A stretch of 64,000 nucleotides of DNA from Trichodelitschia bisporula (taxonomy: Eukaryota): contig ML996706.1 in NCBI GenBank assembly GCA_010356995.1, positions 563,789 to 627,788 on the forward strand, written 5' to 3'. Position numbers and translations under genes: made by a program. The notes beneath the pieces were generated by a model. It was not told the origin of the DNA, ran no database searches, and saw nothing but the letters and a program-made list of their open reading frames with translations. Each line of letters starts with the position of its first letter. The first letter of the stretch is position 1. Below, piece after piece: positions 35,964 to 48,890 of the stretch.

Positions 35964-36837
35964 GGGGTTACTAATGGTGCGCAGCCGAAGGGGGAGGTGA
36001 TTGTGGAACGGGTTGCTGGGTGGTTGGAGGGGAGGGGGTGGAAAGTAGAGAGGTGTGGGGTTTGGCGGGGGACTGGGTGGCATATGCCGGCGTCTTTGAA
36101 TGAGCGGAAACGTGAGGAGGTTCAGAGGAAATGGATTTCGTAGCATGTCCGGCTTTGTTGGAATGTATTGAGGCATAGCCTAAGTACGTGCAGAGCAACG
36201 AGTGCAAAGTTGAAAGTTCATTGAAGGACGAAGAGAAGAAAAAGGAGAGGGGACGGCGGAGATATTTATACTGTCCTGCCAAGTGTCTACCTCCGCACTT
36301 GCCATAGTCGTATTGTCCCTTCCTCCAAAGCTAAGGACGTTCCTTTCGATGCTGATGCGTGCCTTCTTTAGAATAAAGATGCTCTTTCTCGCAGTGAGTT
36401 ACGCCTTCCTCAGGGCTATGTCAGAAGGAGCGGTGATGGGGGGAAAGAGCGCTGAGGCCGGTGCGAAGAACTGATGATACTTTGGCGTGATGTCATGAAC
36501 CACAGTGTTTATTATTCTGTCCCTTTGTTATCCGGCTGTAGGCTGGACTGGTATCATGCTCCACATTGTTGGAATTGAGCGACCATGAGGTAAAAGGCGC
36601 CGGAGTCGGTTCGGTGCATCGGATTGATACTGTCATCATTGTGTCATTGGGCTGCAGTCGCGATGCATCTATCCCATCCGTCATTCATCTATGCCACTTC
36701 CGTAACCATTGACATCGTAAAACTACAGTTTTAGTACCTATCCCATCCGTGATCCGTCTACGCCGTTTCCCGTCCAACCGCAGATACCACATCTTACGCC
36801 GCCATACCCACCATCCCAACGCACTACCACCCACCAC

Positions 36838-37930
36838 TCAAAACTCCAAATCCTTCTCCCCCCCCCCCACCCCCCCCCCCACAACAGGCGGCAAATAAAA
36901 CGGCTGCACAACCACCCTCCTCCGCCCCACCGCAAACGCCATATCCCCCATAACCCCCAGCCCCCTCTCCCCCAGCACCGGCACCTTAACCACCCTCAAC
37001 AACCCCTGCATCTTCTCCTCCTCCCCCCTCCCCTCCCCCCCCTCCCCACTAAACGCATGCGGAAACGGCTCCAGCACAATAACCCCATCGAACAAATGCC
37101 CCGCCCACCGCGCCACCACCCCGTCGGCTGGATACAACGCCAACGGCCACGACGCCATGATGGTCACACCGCGATGCCGCCGTAACAGGCCTCGCAACCC
37201 GTGTAACAGCGGAAGTAACTCCCCCGGCGCCGCCGCCTCCACCGGCCACGCCAGAGGCGTCAGCAATCCGGGGATGACAATCCGCGCCACCGGCGCCGTC
37301 GCGAGCTCGTCCTCTAGCACCCTGAATAACGAGGTCCAGGGGTCGGGGCTCAGCAGGCCTGGCTGGGGAAAATACCGCACGCGGGGCGCGCCCGCCGGCA
37401 GCACGAGCCGCTTCGTCAGATCGAATGCGTGGCAGAAGGGCGCATCCGCGTCCGGCGGGCGGTCTAGCTGTCAGCGCCTTGTGTCGTCAGTCCGCGGGCC
37501 ACGCACCTCTCGTCTCCCCATGCGGACCGAGCCGCTTATACCGCCACGCGATGCGCATATCCTCCCCCGCACCGGGCGCATCCTTCGCAGGAGGCGGCGC
37601 GCGCTCAGCGGCGAGTCCAGGCAGGGGAAGGGACCCTTCAGGTGCGAGGACGATGACGGTATGCCCCTGCAGGATGCCCTCGGAGGCATAGGTGCCGAGG
37701 AGGGCGCGGGCGAAGTCCGTGGTGCCTGATTCTTGGAGGAGGAGGGAGGTGCCGAGGGCGAGGCCCGCGCCTAGGCCGAGGAGTTTGTCCAGCGAGGGGG
37801 TGCCGGTTGAGGTTGTGGTGCGGGAGTGGGTTGTTGAGGGGCGGGTTCCTGGGAGAGCTTGGGGGGTTGATGAGGAGGTAGAGGGGGTGGAGGGGGAGGA
37901 GAGGGGGATGGAGCGCTTGCGGAAGGACAT
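36838..37930 (-). CDS. ELP4: Elongator complex subunit 4 (349 aa)
   Basis: MSFRKR...STGTPSLDKLLG...GLALGTSLLLQESGTTDFA, MRIAWRY, FCHAFDLTKRL, DMAF...FYLPP and C-terminal LEF. Intron 37506-37464. Confidence 0.92.
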
Positions 37931-38239
37931 TTTTGTGGTGGTGGTGGTGGGGGAGTGGTGGGGTTCGTGATGTTTTGGTGGTGTTAGAGATGGCGATATG
38001 GGCCAGATAGCCACTAAAAGAAAGTTGTAGCAGCCCCGCCCAGGCGCTTTGGTGACAGAGGCGGCTACAACCTTTTAGGCAGACCCATGTCGATGCGGCT
38101 CCTGAGCGATCGGCCCGGAGAACCCCTGCTGAAATCTCAACCTCCTCTCGTCCCACATCAGACAAGAACCTCATCCAAAGCCTCCTTCCTCGCGTCTCTT
38201 GTGTCCTTGATGTAGCCCATCTCGCCATACCTAGCCGCC

Positions 38240-38515
38240 ATGAACGGCGTCACTATAATCGTCCTGTTCGTCGTCCTGCCGCTGCTCCTGCTCTTCAGTA
38301 AGCCGTAGTCTGCCATTCGTCACCCCATCTCTAACCGCCTAGTCTATCTCGCCCTCTCGTCATGTCTCGGTGACTCACTTCGCCGTAGAGATTCTGTCCG
38401 GCCTGCGACTTTTGGCACCATATACGCGCGCTCGCTGGCTGCTGGCCAGGGTGGCTGGGAGCAGATTGAGATGCAGGACGTGGTGAATCGGGATGACCAC
38501 GAGAGGGGCTACTAG
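38240..38515 (+). CDS. Small single-pass membrane protein (76 aa, 2 exons; not in the ORF track)
   Basis: Intron 38298-38342 (GTAAGC...CTAAC...TAG) gives MNGVTIIVLFVVLPLLLLFIYLALSSCLGDSLRRR...GGWEQIEMQDVVNRDDHERGY*. Confidence 0.7.
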
Positions 38516-39370
38516 CACAACAATACGCATTGCATAGTTGTATCCCTCCGGAGAGGATCCGGACCGTCATTCCGGGATTCAGGCCGTCGCAGGACACTTG
38601 TCATTGGACACATGTCATTGGGAGCACCCACGGGAAGCTCAGTACCGGATTTTGGCTGGCATACGACCTCATCTCCAGGTGCATGCTACGAGTGCGTGGT
38701 GTGGAGTGTTCGCACAGTATCGCGACTGCGGGCAGCTCGTCATGCTTTACCGATCCCGTCTCCTGTAAAACAGGGGTTCAGCGTGCAGGAGATCATCTTC
38801 AACATCCCACTATGGGACTTGCCATACATCCTAGGAATTTGGCTGCAACTCCATGGTCCGCTCCTTAGGAAGCTGGCACTCTTGTAATAAGTCTTTGGAC
38901 ACGACCCTCGACGATCTTGGTGTGGGCAAATGATGTTTCGATGAGAAGATCGATCAGAAAGAGGGTGAAGCCCATGAGTACTTTCCACAGCGGTCAGAAG
39001 GTGCTTCACAGACGACATGTTTTCTCCGTACTGGTCACGCAACAAGCAACAGCAAGGCTTCCGGTCAGGATCCAGCACATCTTTCCTCCAGGTTTTGGAC
39101 CGCCTTGCCGAAAAGCGTGTGGAAGCAGCGTCAGACTAGGACGCCGGTAAAAAAGTGTCCAACCAGTCCGAACACCGTTATTACAGTCTCATCGCTGACG
39201 GGCTGCTGTCAGCCCTTTTTATCCTATGTCGAAGGCATTCGATGTGGAAGGATGCCGTCAGGGGTGCGTTGTGGCGATGCAGTGTGTGGAGCTTGGTGCT
39301 GAAATCCGATTGCTACCAGGCGTTATGCAAGAAAGGGTTGCAACAAACGGCGTGCAACAAACGGCATGCA

Positions 39371-39584
39371 GGATGCTGCCTCGACGCGGTGCTGTGCGGG
39401 ATGCGACTTTGGGAAAATGGCGTGGAAGATGCAGCTTCAGCAAAGGGGCACGAAGGATGTGACATCGACAAAGTGCGGTAGGGGATGCGGCGTCGACAAA
39501 GTGCAGTAGGGGATGCGGCGTCGACAAAGTGCAGTGGGGGATGCGACGTCGACTAAGTGCGGTGCGGGATGCGACATCCACAAA
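39371..39584. repeat. 28-bp minisatellite, about 7.6 units
   Basis: Core GGATGCGGCGTCGACAAAGTGCAGTAGG. (G/A)GATG recurs every 28 bp from 39371 to 39567; the inner four units are near-identical and the upstream ones are decayed. Confidence 0.85.
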
Positions 39585-41502
39585 ATGGCGTGCATCGCGG
39601 CTTCAAAAGGGTGTGGACGCTGTGCAGTGCCTGCAGGCAGACACCGGAGTCTACGTTGAATGCTGGCGGCTGAGCAAAAGCCTAGTGCTGCATACAATCA
39701 GCGACTTGGGGTTCATAAGGACGTTTTTCGCAAAACCTTTCGCTGCGGCAGTGGACTGCAGAGTTGGCCGAGTGGTCAACCTGTTCGTCCACTGCTCCGG
39801 GGGTTGGGACCAAGAGGTCATTGCCGTAGAAACGTAGAAAGAGAGAAGTCCAGGGTTCAATTCCCGGACATGGCCCTCCTAACAGGATGTGGTTTCGAAA
39901 GACAGAAAAAGGCATTCTCCATATAACGGACCCGGGCGAAGCAGTTGGTGGCAATAGACGGGGGTTAACACACCCCATCTACAATATTTTTTTGCTCCTT
40001 TATCATTGGTATGGGCTTGTGGGGTGGCTGTGGATGCTGGTGGAGGCATCATAATGATGCTTTTTGACTTTTGACGCTGGCTTCGTCGCTTTTTCCCACC
40101 ACCACCACCGCGTTTGTTGACGAGCTGATTTCAGTGCCGTATTTGCCAGGCTCGATTCTAGGGGGTGCAGGCCTTTCAGGAGCGAAAAGGGGGTTGCTTT
40201 GCGTCCATCTCGGTGGTATGCAAAATCATCACGGAAACGGGCAGTCCGTTGGAATGGATTAGGATGAGATGGGCTTCCGGAGAGCACCCCGCGAGTCAAA
40301 GTACAACATTGCCATCTGGACATGTAACTCCCGCAACGTAACTGCTGAACCCCCTGCCTGCAGGACGTTCCTTCTGACAAGCACGTCGGGACGTGACACT
40401 TCTCGGGTGGAAAGGTCTTTCCATTCGCTTGAGGAGCAGTGTCCTGCATCTTTATCTCATCTACGCCGGCGCCTGCGGAATCTCGAAGGTTAGACTCAAT
40501 CTCGCTAGATTCATGTCCACGGCCATCTCAACCCGCACACCTGCAGCAGGCATTCCTATTACCTTGTTTTACACTTGCAACCCGCACCTTCTCGAGACTG
40601 GTGTGCCATCTCCATCCCCCTCCCCCTTTTCGCACCCCCACGCCTACCACTCCCTCGTCCACTACCCTCATCCCCGAATGAATTCCGCAATCCGTACCCA
40701 CTCCGCCAAGCCACCATCCCTCCTTACAGTTGCATCCCCACACCCAAATCTTAAGCTCCACACCCAGCATCGACTTCACCCCGATGTACATTTCAAATAT
40801 GCCAGTCGTCCCGTTCCTAACGCTAGTATCCCGGCACTGCCCGGATCCACACGCTAGCGCTGCGCGCGGGTCGGGCCGCGCCGAGATCCGGGGTAGATCC
40901 GCGGCTGAGGCGCGTCATCCCTATTTCCCGCAAATGTCTACCGTAGTTCTCAACTGTGGAGAACAGGAGAGAGCTTTGCTTGATCTACATGTAGCCAAAG
41001 GGGAGCATTACACCGCCAAGATTTGTGATTGCTCTTTATGCTAGTTCTAGTACTTGTGCGTGGATGTCGTTTGCACAAGCTTTTTGTCCGTCCTACCTCC
41101 ACATGCCGCTAGATCAGTGGTGGGAAGGAGCAGTCATACTGTTGGAAGGGACATACCTAGCCGGCGAAGTGGCAGTGGTAGGAGAGGAGGGAACATCGGA
41201 GGCTGTGGGCGGACACTGTATCTAACACTGTTTCTAACCTATCTAGCTGTTTCCACCAACTTTCCGCGGTTACTTCCCTAGGAGTGGATGCTCTCTCCCA
41301 AACCCAGCTGTGGTTGCTCATCCCAAGAATCGGAATGTGCCTTCTGATGTAAGAATACTCTTTCCTTTGGCTAGCCCACCCATTGCTACCATGTAGCCAC
41401 TACGGACTTACGACGTTCAACGTTCACTAGAGCTCCGAAGCATCCTGTTCTTCGTCAAAAGGTCTTGCAACATCCTGCATATTTTACCAACAGTCTTATA
41501 AA

Positions 41503-42347
41503 ATGCTCCATCGTTTAGCAACTATGGCGTCAACTGAAGAACTCGGCATGAGGCCGACCGTCTCCGTTAACTCTGATCCCAAATCTGACACGCCGCCGAC
41601 AACGGAGCCCTGGAAGAAAATTTTGCTGGATTTGCCATGCGAAATACGCCTTCGCATCTATTCATTCCTCACCCTGACTATGCCCTCGTCCCTCCGTATA
41701 CAGGCTTTCACCATGCCCTACCTCTTCCTCTGCGCCAGGACGGAGAGTTGTGCCACCCGGTTATACTCCGAGTCAACAGGCAGATCTACTATGAAGCGAT
41801 GGAGATTTTCTACTCCAGGACCTTCTATGAAATGCATATTCAAGATGGCTGGATTGGCCTTTGCGGCAGGTTATACGGTCCTTTTGTCTGTCCTGATGAC
41901 CCGTTTACGAAACTCGCCTGGATCACGCGTCTTCAACTGACGATGGTTTTGGGAAGATGCTTGGCTTGCCCAAAGTTTGTGCGGGCGGCTCTTGGAAAAA
42001 ATTTCAGTTCTCTCTCGGCCGGCACGTGTAAACTCTGGGACGTGGACATATGCATCTACGTCCAGTTGCCTGGTGGGGTGCCGAGTCGGAATACCGGGGA
42101 CCGCCAGTTGGAGACCTGGAATGTCGAGCTGGCCCCCCTCAGACAGCTTAAAGGCGTGTCAGTGGGTGATGCGTTCGTCCAGATCGACCCGACAGAAATC
42201 AGAATGATACAGCGGCCTGATCAATTGGGCCTTGTCGTTAGGTGGATGGATGGGCTTGGCGACCATCTCAAAGACATTGTTCGTGAAATCGAGTGCGGGA
42301 ATGGCGAGTCCGAGGGAGTATCTGATCCGACGGTGGACAGCGGATGA
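41503..42347 (+). pseudogene. F-box-like gene with an apparent frameshift
   Basis: LLDLPCEIRLRIYSFL is in frame 41503, while PVILRVNRQIYYEAMEIFYS and the remainder are in frame 41637. No intron was seen at the switch near 41670. Confidence 0.6.
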
Positions 42348-43408
42348 GTGGCTCGACGGCAGCAGGGAGCGTGTTTCATTTTGCATCGTACTGAGAATCA
42401 TAGGGGGCGTCTTATCGTTTTTCTTTTGGTCCGAGATGGTTTCGGGAAATGGTTATGCTCTGTCCGATGGAGCTGCATCTGAGTCGTGCGGTGTTTGCTT
42501 CAGCAATTGGATATTCTTGTCCCCTTGCTTTGGTCAAAGCTTGCGAGTAGGACGGAGAGATTTGTCTCCATCCCACTATGTATCTTGCTTACCTTGGCCT
42601 TCGGGCCAGTCGTCTGGTGGGCGCGTAGGCGTTAAACGACCTTCATGGGTACATGGTCAGGTTCACTCGAGAGCGGCATCCGTCGAGAGCAGGTCGTCAA
42701 GAAACGCTGCTTGCCGCTAAGCGCCCTACACTTTTAGTCGTTATGAGTCCCTAGCGAAGGAGAATCACTACAGAGGGCCATAGGTCGGAGAGTACCGCAG
42801 TACGTAGTATGGATGAAGATGAGGTTGGCTTGGATTACGGCTTGTGAAGTTGGTCCTTGGTCCATGGGTTACTCAATAAAGTCGTAGCCGCTCCGACCTG
42901 CAAAGACGTTAGGCAGGGAGGCCACGACTTGTTCGACCGGCCCTTGGTCCATGGGAAGTTAGTTCGCCACCCAACAACTCCTAAAGTCCTGACCACCTCC
43001 GTCACCAAAGATGGCCTAGTTGGACAGCTATGACTTCCTGCGCCCGGCCTTTACACGTATGGTGGAAACCCAACCTCATTAATCCCCCCTTCGACCAACA
43101 TATGCAGTACGTCAGTCGACGGCTACATAATTCCCCATATGCAGCATCCCAGCGCACAAGGCAGGCAACAGTCCTATCAACGCCAATCAGACGTCATCAC
43201 AGCGCAGGATTCACGTTGGAACGTCGAACGCGCAAAGGCTGTGCCCCAACACCACTTCCCCATCCTCTGACTCGTCAGCTAACCAAGCAGCATCTCGCCT
43301 TTCGCACTCAAAAGCCGGCTGATTCCCTGGAAAGATCTAGTTCTAGCATCAGTTCTCACTTCCACAGACTCCATAGTTGTATTCCCGAATCACAGTGGCT
43401 GTTTCACG

Positions 43409-44119
43409 ATGTCATTCCTCTTTTGCACGGCGTCTACTCTGAGTGATGCGCAGAGTGCAGATGTAAGCCTTACCCCACAATACGGATGGCCCTTCACTCT
43501 GAGCGCCTCGCTGACAATACAGCTCGTCAACGAGCTAGTGCGAGAGTCCAATAGGTGTTCATATGGCCTGTGGTTCGTCCTCGCTCTGGACCCGATGAAA
43601 GCCTACGACCAGCATCAAGACAGTATCAAGATCTCTCCCGCCTGTCATACCTCTCCTGCCATATGTCAGAATTTCCCTCTCAGTCCTGTAGACCTTCAGA
43701 ACAACTCATTCCGAGGCTACACTCTCGAGCAACTGAAAGAGGTGTGTAGGGATCTCCAGGTAAAGCAGGGGAAACGAGATGGGCCTTGGTTGCCTGATCA
43801 CTTTATCGTGCTGGACGATCGAAGTGCGAGGGATAAGTCCGCGCTCATTGTCAAGCACAGCTGGGCGCCACCTGACGAGCCACTGGAAGAAAGCTTTCAG
43901 CCTTGGACTTATACGCGCACCATCTTCCGCCATGTTGGCTTCATTGCGACGCTGTATGAAGTGGCTGGTGGTTCTGGCTGGGATGAAATGGAGGACGGAC
44001 GAGGGAAGTACACCGACGAGCACGGCATTGTGCAAATTCCCGAATGGGACCGTGACCCGAGTACCTTCCCTGATTTGCCGGAGGAGCTGTGGGCGCCTTG
44101 GGGTGATGAGAGGCGTTAA
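43409..44119 (+). CDS. Hypothetical protein (216 aa, 2 exons)
   Basis: Intron 43463-43522 (GTAAGC...CTGAC...CAG); globular composition; motif FIVLDDRSARDKSALIV. Confidence 0.7.
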   Translation: MSFLFCTASTLSDAQSADVSLTPQYGWPFTLSASLTIQLVNELVRESNRCSYGLWFVLALDPMKAYDQHQDSIKISPACHTSPAICQNFPLSPVDLQNNSFRGYTLEQLKEVCRDLQVKQGKRDGPWLPDHFIVLDDRSARDKSALIVKHSWAPPDEPLEESFQPWTYTRTIFRHVGFIATLYEVAGGSGWDEMEDGRGKYTDEHGIVQIPEWDRDPSTFPDLPEELWAPWGDERR

Positions 44120-44600
44120 GAGGAAGGGAAGGCAAATATCTGATACGTCAACTGGTCTGTCCGCTATCATGTTTCCAAATTGTTATCGCTGAGCATTCTC
44201 TTTGAGAAAGGCAATGGAACCTTGAATTCTAGCAACCCGCAATCGATCCTAAAGTCTTTCCGGTGCAAATCGCAACGCGCTGAAGGAGCGGAATCTTGAA
44301 TTTTAGCAGCCCGCAATCGACCCTTTAGTCTTCCCGGTGCAAATCACAACGAGCCAAATTGAACGGAACGCCCAGGGAGCTGTGGGAGCCTCGGGGTGAA
44401 AAAAGGCATTAAGAGGAAGAAGGGAAGGCAAAACTTTGACACACCAACTGGTATGTCCCCATCATCTTTTCAAATCGTTATCGCTGAGCATTCTCTTTGC
44501 GAAAGGCAATGGAATCTTGAATTCTAGAACTAGCAACCCGCAATCGATCCTACAATCTTCCCGCTGCAAATCACAACGCATCAAAAGAGCGGAACGCCTA
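44082..44600. repeat. Local duplication of the gene 3' end and UTR
   Basis: About 44082-44290 (GGAGCTGTGGG...TTAAGAGGAAG...CTGAGCATTCTCTTTG) recurs at about 44376-44600. The sub-block CTTGAATT.TAG...CCCGCAATCGA occurs three times. Confidence 0.85.
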
Positions 44601-44687
44601 GGGAAGCGCCACTTCGCCTGAGCTAAAAGTCAAAGACAAAGACACGAAGCAAAGCAAAGCAAAGCCCCAAGTTTCCTCCGCAGGTTA

Positions 44688-45375
44688 CTATGAGCTATCC
44701 TCCATCGCATAAGCGTCCCATGTGACAACAGGGTCCCCGGTAGCCCACTGGCCTCCTTTGGTGTCCTTGTTTCTCGAGCCATAGCAGCTGGCTTTGGCAT
44801 TATCGAACTGAGCGAAAGACTGCTTGCATACAACCGTACTGGGTATCAACAGGGCAGAACCAAGGTTCGTAATGGTAACTTGGGACATTAGCCTGTTCAT
44901 CAAGCAATCGGCGAGAAGACGACTCACAGACTACACTGCCGACCCTTCCGTTGGTAAGCTTCACGCGCGGCGTGGTAAAGTCCCCTTCAATCCCATACTG
45001 CACAGCAGTGCTGAACCCATGACCCTGGACCAAGCGAAGCGGGCTGCCGAGTGGATCCTGCATTCTGCTTTCGCAGAATCGGGTAACGGCGTCGGTGAAC
45101 CCCATGAAGGCGGGATCTGAGTTTCTGAGTGGAACCCATTGCCAGGTTTTTTTGTCGCTTGCTCCGCACGTCCTGATACAGTTTTTGCAACTGCTACGCT
45201 TCTCGAGGGCGCTGGGGTCGACTTGGAAGATTGTGGAGGTGACGTTTCCTACCGTCCAAGATTGTACCATGGTGGTCGATCTTGGGAGGTTGGGGTGCCG
45301 ATGTACATCGGTGGACACGGCGAGGCTGAAGGCCACGCTGGCAAAGGCAAGGAGGCCAAGAGCAGGAAACTTCAT
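44688..45375 (-). CDS. Small secreted Cys-containing protein, effector-like (212 aa, 2 exons)
   Basis: Signal peptide MKFPALGLLAFASVAFSLA; LEKR Kex2-type site; 6 Cys in the mature part. Intron 44927-44879; C-terminus CYGSRNKDTKGGQW. Confidence 0.8.
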
Positions 45376-45590
45376 GATGTGTGGATGGATTGAAATTGAA
45401 TGGGATGTGAAGGTGGATGTATGAATGGATGCCTCTTTGCCGCTGCTGTCGAAAGGTGAGAGGTCTGCATTGGTGCTTTATAGCTGCTCACTTTACTGAT
45501 CGGTTGCCTCCAGTTCATCAAGCTCGTCTTCCATCAGCTAGATGTCCAAAAAAAACCAATACCAACACGAGTGGGATGATGTTCGTAACC

Positions 45591-45875
45591 AACACGGTTT
45601 CAGGATCTCGAACTTGTTGGCATCAAGTGATGCCGCGATAATGGTCTCTAGTTCTACTGCGCCCATCGAGGCCAGCATCTGGTATAGAGGCATTTTCTGC
45701 CGGTATTCTAGACATCCGAAGGTAACTCAGGATTATGTTGGCCGCCAACACGGTTTCAGGATCTTGAACTGCTGGCATCAAGTGAAGCTGCGATAATAGT
45801 CTCCATTGCGCCCATCAAAGCCAGCATCTGGTATGGATGCATTGTCTGCCGGTGTTCTAGATATTCGAAGGCAAC
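45591..45875. repeat. Direct duplication (~157-bp period) in the divergent intergenic region
   Basis: AACACGGTTTCAGGATCT.GAAC...GGCATCAAGTGA...GCCAGCATCTGGTAT...TTCTAGA at 45591 and 45748. Confidence 0.85.
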
Positions 45876-46300
45876 CCAGTGGCTCAGTCCCAAGTCTTCC
45901 CTTTTTAGGAATAACTCATGATCCCGCAGGTGCAGAAAGGGCATCAGCAGGAATGCGGCGCTCGAACGACGTTCTGCTCCATAAACCAACAAGCATAACA
46001 CTACGATATCCATCGCAGAAGGATTTACCGTGAGTACGATATTCATCGGAGAAGGATTTTACCGTGAGAGAACCGAAGGCTGTGTAAGTATCCAAGGGCG
46101 AAGAGGTTGGTGCCGAAGATGTTGGTAGCACGAGGATGTTGGACGGAGAGCATTGGAGGAATTGACACGTTGGAATTGGTCCTTTGGGTGCGAGGATATT
46201 GACGATAGCCTTCTAAATCTACTGTGCCTGGTGAGAAAGTGGATATATAATGCTGTTCAATGAGCCCTCCAGAAGTCAGTATCAGTTCACGTAGCCCAAA

Positions 46301-47118
46301 ATGCAGGTTTTCATCCTTATTCAGTTGTTGCTGGCAGGCGCCTCTTGCCTTGTCATACCCTCTTTCAAAGCTCTTCTTCCATCAGCCTTCAAGCGGAATG
46401 GAGACTCAGCCTTGTCTATTTCCCCCAAGCAAACCGACAACGAAACACATCTCATCTCTCGTGCCAACACTCCAGACGGCTCGGACGCAAAACCTTTTCA
46501 CATGCAATGGACAGTCAATCGCAACATTCTCCCCATTACAGAGGCGAATTGCTACGCATTACTTTGTCTCGGCGTCCCACAAGCCTTCCAATATGATAGC
46601 GTCAACGCTACACAAGATACGCGAAGGAGAGAATGTGGGGCGTTGCCTTCCCCGTTTGGCAACTCTGCGTCGGAACGAGTAGCTCAACAGGTTTCCAAAC
46701 CTTCGGACCATCCGGATTACGTCAGTGCGGAGGAGATTCCATTTGCTAGCACACATCAAGGAGGAAACGGAGCCATTGTCTTTCCTGTACCCATTGGTGC
46801 ACAGCGTGGTGAGTTCTTCTACTGGAGTCGTTTGGGACGAGTTAACACTGTCCAGCACAAGGGGGGCAGCTGGGTGATTTTGTGCAACACTCGAACATGG
46901 GACAGGGCGATCATTACACAAATAGCTTCGTACAAGGCGAAATACCATTGGGGAAATGGTGCACAGCTTATATGGCGGGGGATAGGTCAAAGTGCCCGGA
47001 GAAACCGGAGGAGGGTGACGATTTCCCTGAGGGGTACGCATACCGCAGGAATCAACTGAACCCGAAGAAGTACGAATTCATGGGTGAGGGCAAGAAGTGG
47101 ACAAAGCCGGCGTATTAG
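46301..47118 (+). CDS. Secreted NucA/NucB-like deoxyribonuclease (256 aa, 2 exons)
   Basis: Signal peptide MQVFILIQLLLAGASC; KR site; RRRECG, SAEEIPFASTHQGGNGA and, after intron 46809-46855, AQRAQGGQL, matching the DNase_NucA_NucB (D/E)E.PFAST.EGG...QGG pattern. TATATAA at about 46244. Confidence 0.75.
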
Positions 47119-48890
47119 TGATGACAGCCGATGGGAAATTTAGGGTAGAGGACTTACGCGCTCGAGGGCCATCACCAGCTACCTGATACTGAGAGATGGG
47201 CAAGGCTGATGGAATACTACCACACTTTCGTTAGCAAGAATCCAAAACTTCGGTCTCTTGAACACAAATGTAAGCGAGTCGTGTCCGTGCCTCTGGCCGT
47301 AAAACTTGGTGTTGATATGCGAGACCACCTTGCAAATCTAAAGGCCAAAAGCGTCTCTTTTGCTCTAGACACATCCAAGAAAGATAGTGAGCGGAAATAT
47401 GCCATGCATGCTAAGCAGGACGTGCCCGCAAGACTTTTGACTGACGTGACTTACCTCAGTGATATAAATTAGCCTTCACAGCACCGACCAATGTGCCAGC
47501 CGTCTAGCCGCAGGAGCTCAACAGCCACTGACAGCATCGCTTCCGTACTAACAATCTCTGCCCTGCGCTCGCTCATTTCCGCCTAGAGCACCTCCGCCCT
47601 CCCTTCCTTACCTTCAGAATCGGCACCCAGCGCCTCGCCGCTCATCTCCGCAAATTGCCGCCACAGCACCGCGCACACCGCGCTTAGAATCGGCGAGCGC
47701 CTCCCTAGCCGCCGCCGTAGGGCTGCGAAATGAACGTTCTCCGCGGTCGGGCCGGTCGTTCAAGGTACGTGCCCTACCAGGATTGGGCGGGGAATGCGGA
47801 GGTTAGGAAAATCAGTGGAATGACGGCACGCACTATGGCAAAATTAGGTGGCGAGCGTGGCCTTAAGAGGCGTGATATGGGACGGGTTGAAGTGGAGAGG
47901 CGGAAATGAGGCGCCTGGCGAACTGGTATGGCGTCCGTAGGGGCATGCTGAACTGATTCCGCCTCCTGATATAGGTCCGGTCAAGAGCGGGACCTTGCCG
48001 ATATGTGCCCCCGGTCGCAATATCGGGCCGAAGCCATCGTCTTCGCCTCTGAGGCTTTGACCCGTTCGTGCCGTGCACACGAAATGAGCGCAATATATGG
48101 CGATCATGCAGGGCACAGGCGTCAAAAAACTGGTCGAACGAGCAGCGGCGAGGACGAAAGAAAACAGAAGAGCGGAAAGTCAATGATCTCCGTTGGCATG
48201 AAAGCTGGTGAGATTGACTTGCGGATTCGGACACGGAACGGGCAATTCTCATCTTGGTCCCCTGTGGAGATCAGGTACGCGGACGGGGGGACATCGTCAT
48301 CCAGGCTCGATTTAGTGCTCGAAGAGTCCTGGACCTGGATGTGTGCATCTTAATAATCTCCCGACAGCTTGATATGCTGGTTGTTTACGGGTCTGACCTG
48401 GAAATGTTGGAGTGGGCACGGTCGATGACCGACGATATGCGGTTGCATATCATGGAAACCCCCGCCGGCCATTTGATCCTTCAGTAGCGCTCTCGTCTGT
48501 ATACGATTCACGGTCGAGTGAGTGCCTGGATCCTGGATTGAAACTGCTATATCAAGTGCCTGAGATGGGTAACCTGGTTCGGAAGAGATGACGGTAAGAG
48601 GCCCTAATGGGCATTGTCTCTTCGCAAGTCGCATTTTACGGACTCGCCTTCTTGGACAATTCAATGCTGGGCACAAGTACTATGCGATCGACCCAATTTT
48701 GAGGAATGGTGGTGAAGGAGCGGCGCGGTCCTCCAAGATTATGCATTTGACCTGCTCGATGAAGTTAGCCTTCTGCAGTCGACAATTGCATATAATGGCT
48801 CCCCATCTCATCTCCTTCCATCGCATATCACTGGTGGCAAAAATCATGTCAGGCGTCTTCAAATGCGTCGGACAAAAAGGCAAAAGGAAT

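Noticed and set aside
41140..41227. TGTTGGA...TCTAACA, possible solo LTR
   Set aside because: Only 88 bp, and the flanks (CATAC / CTGTT) give no target-site duplication.
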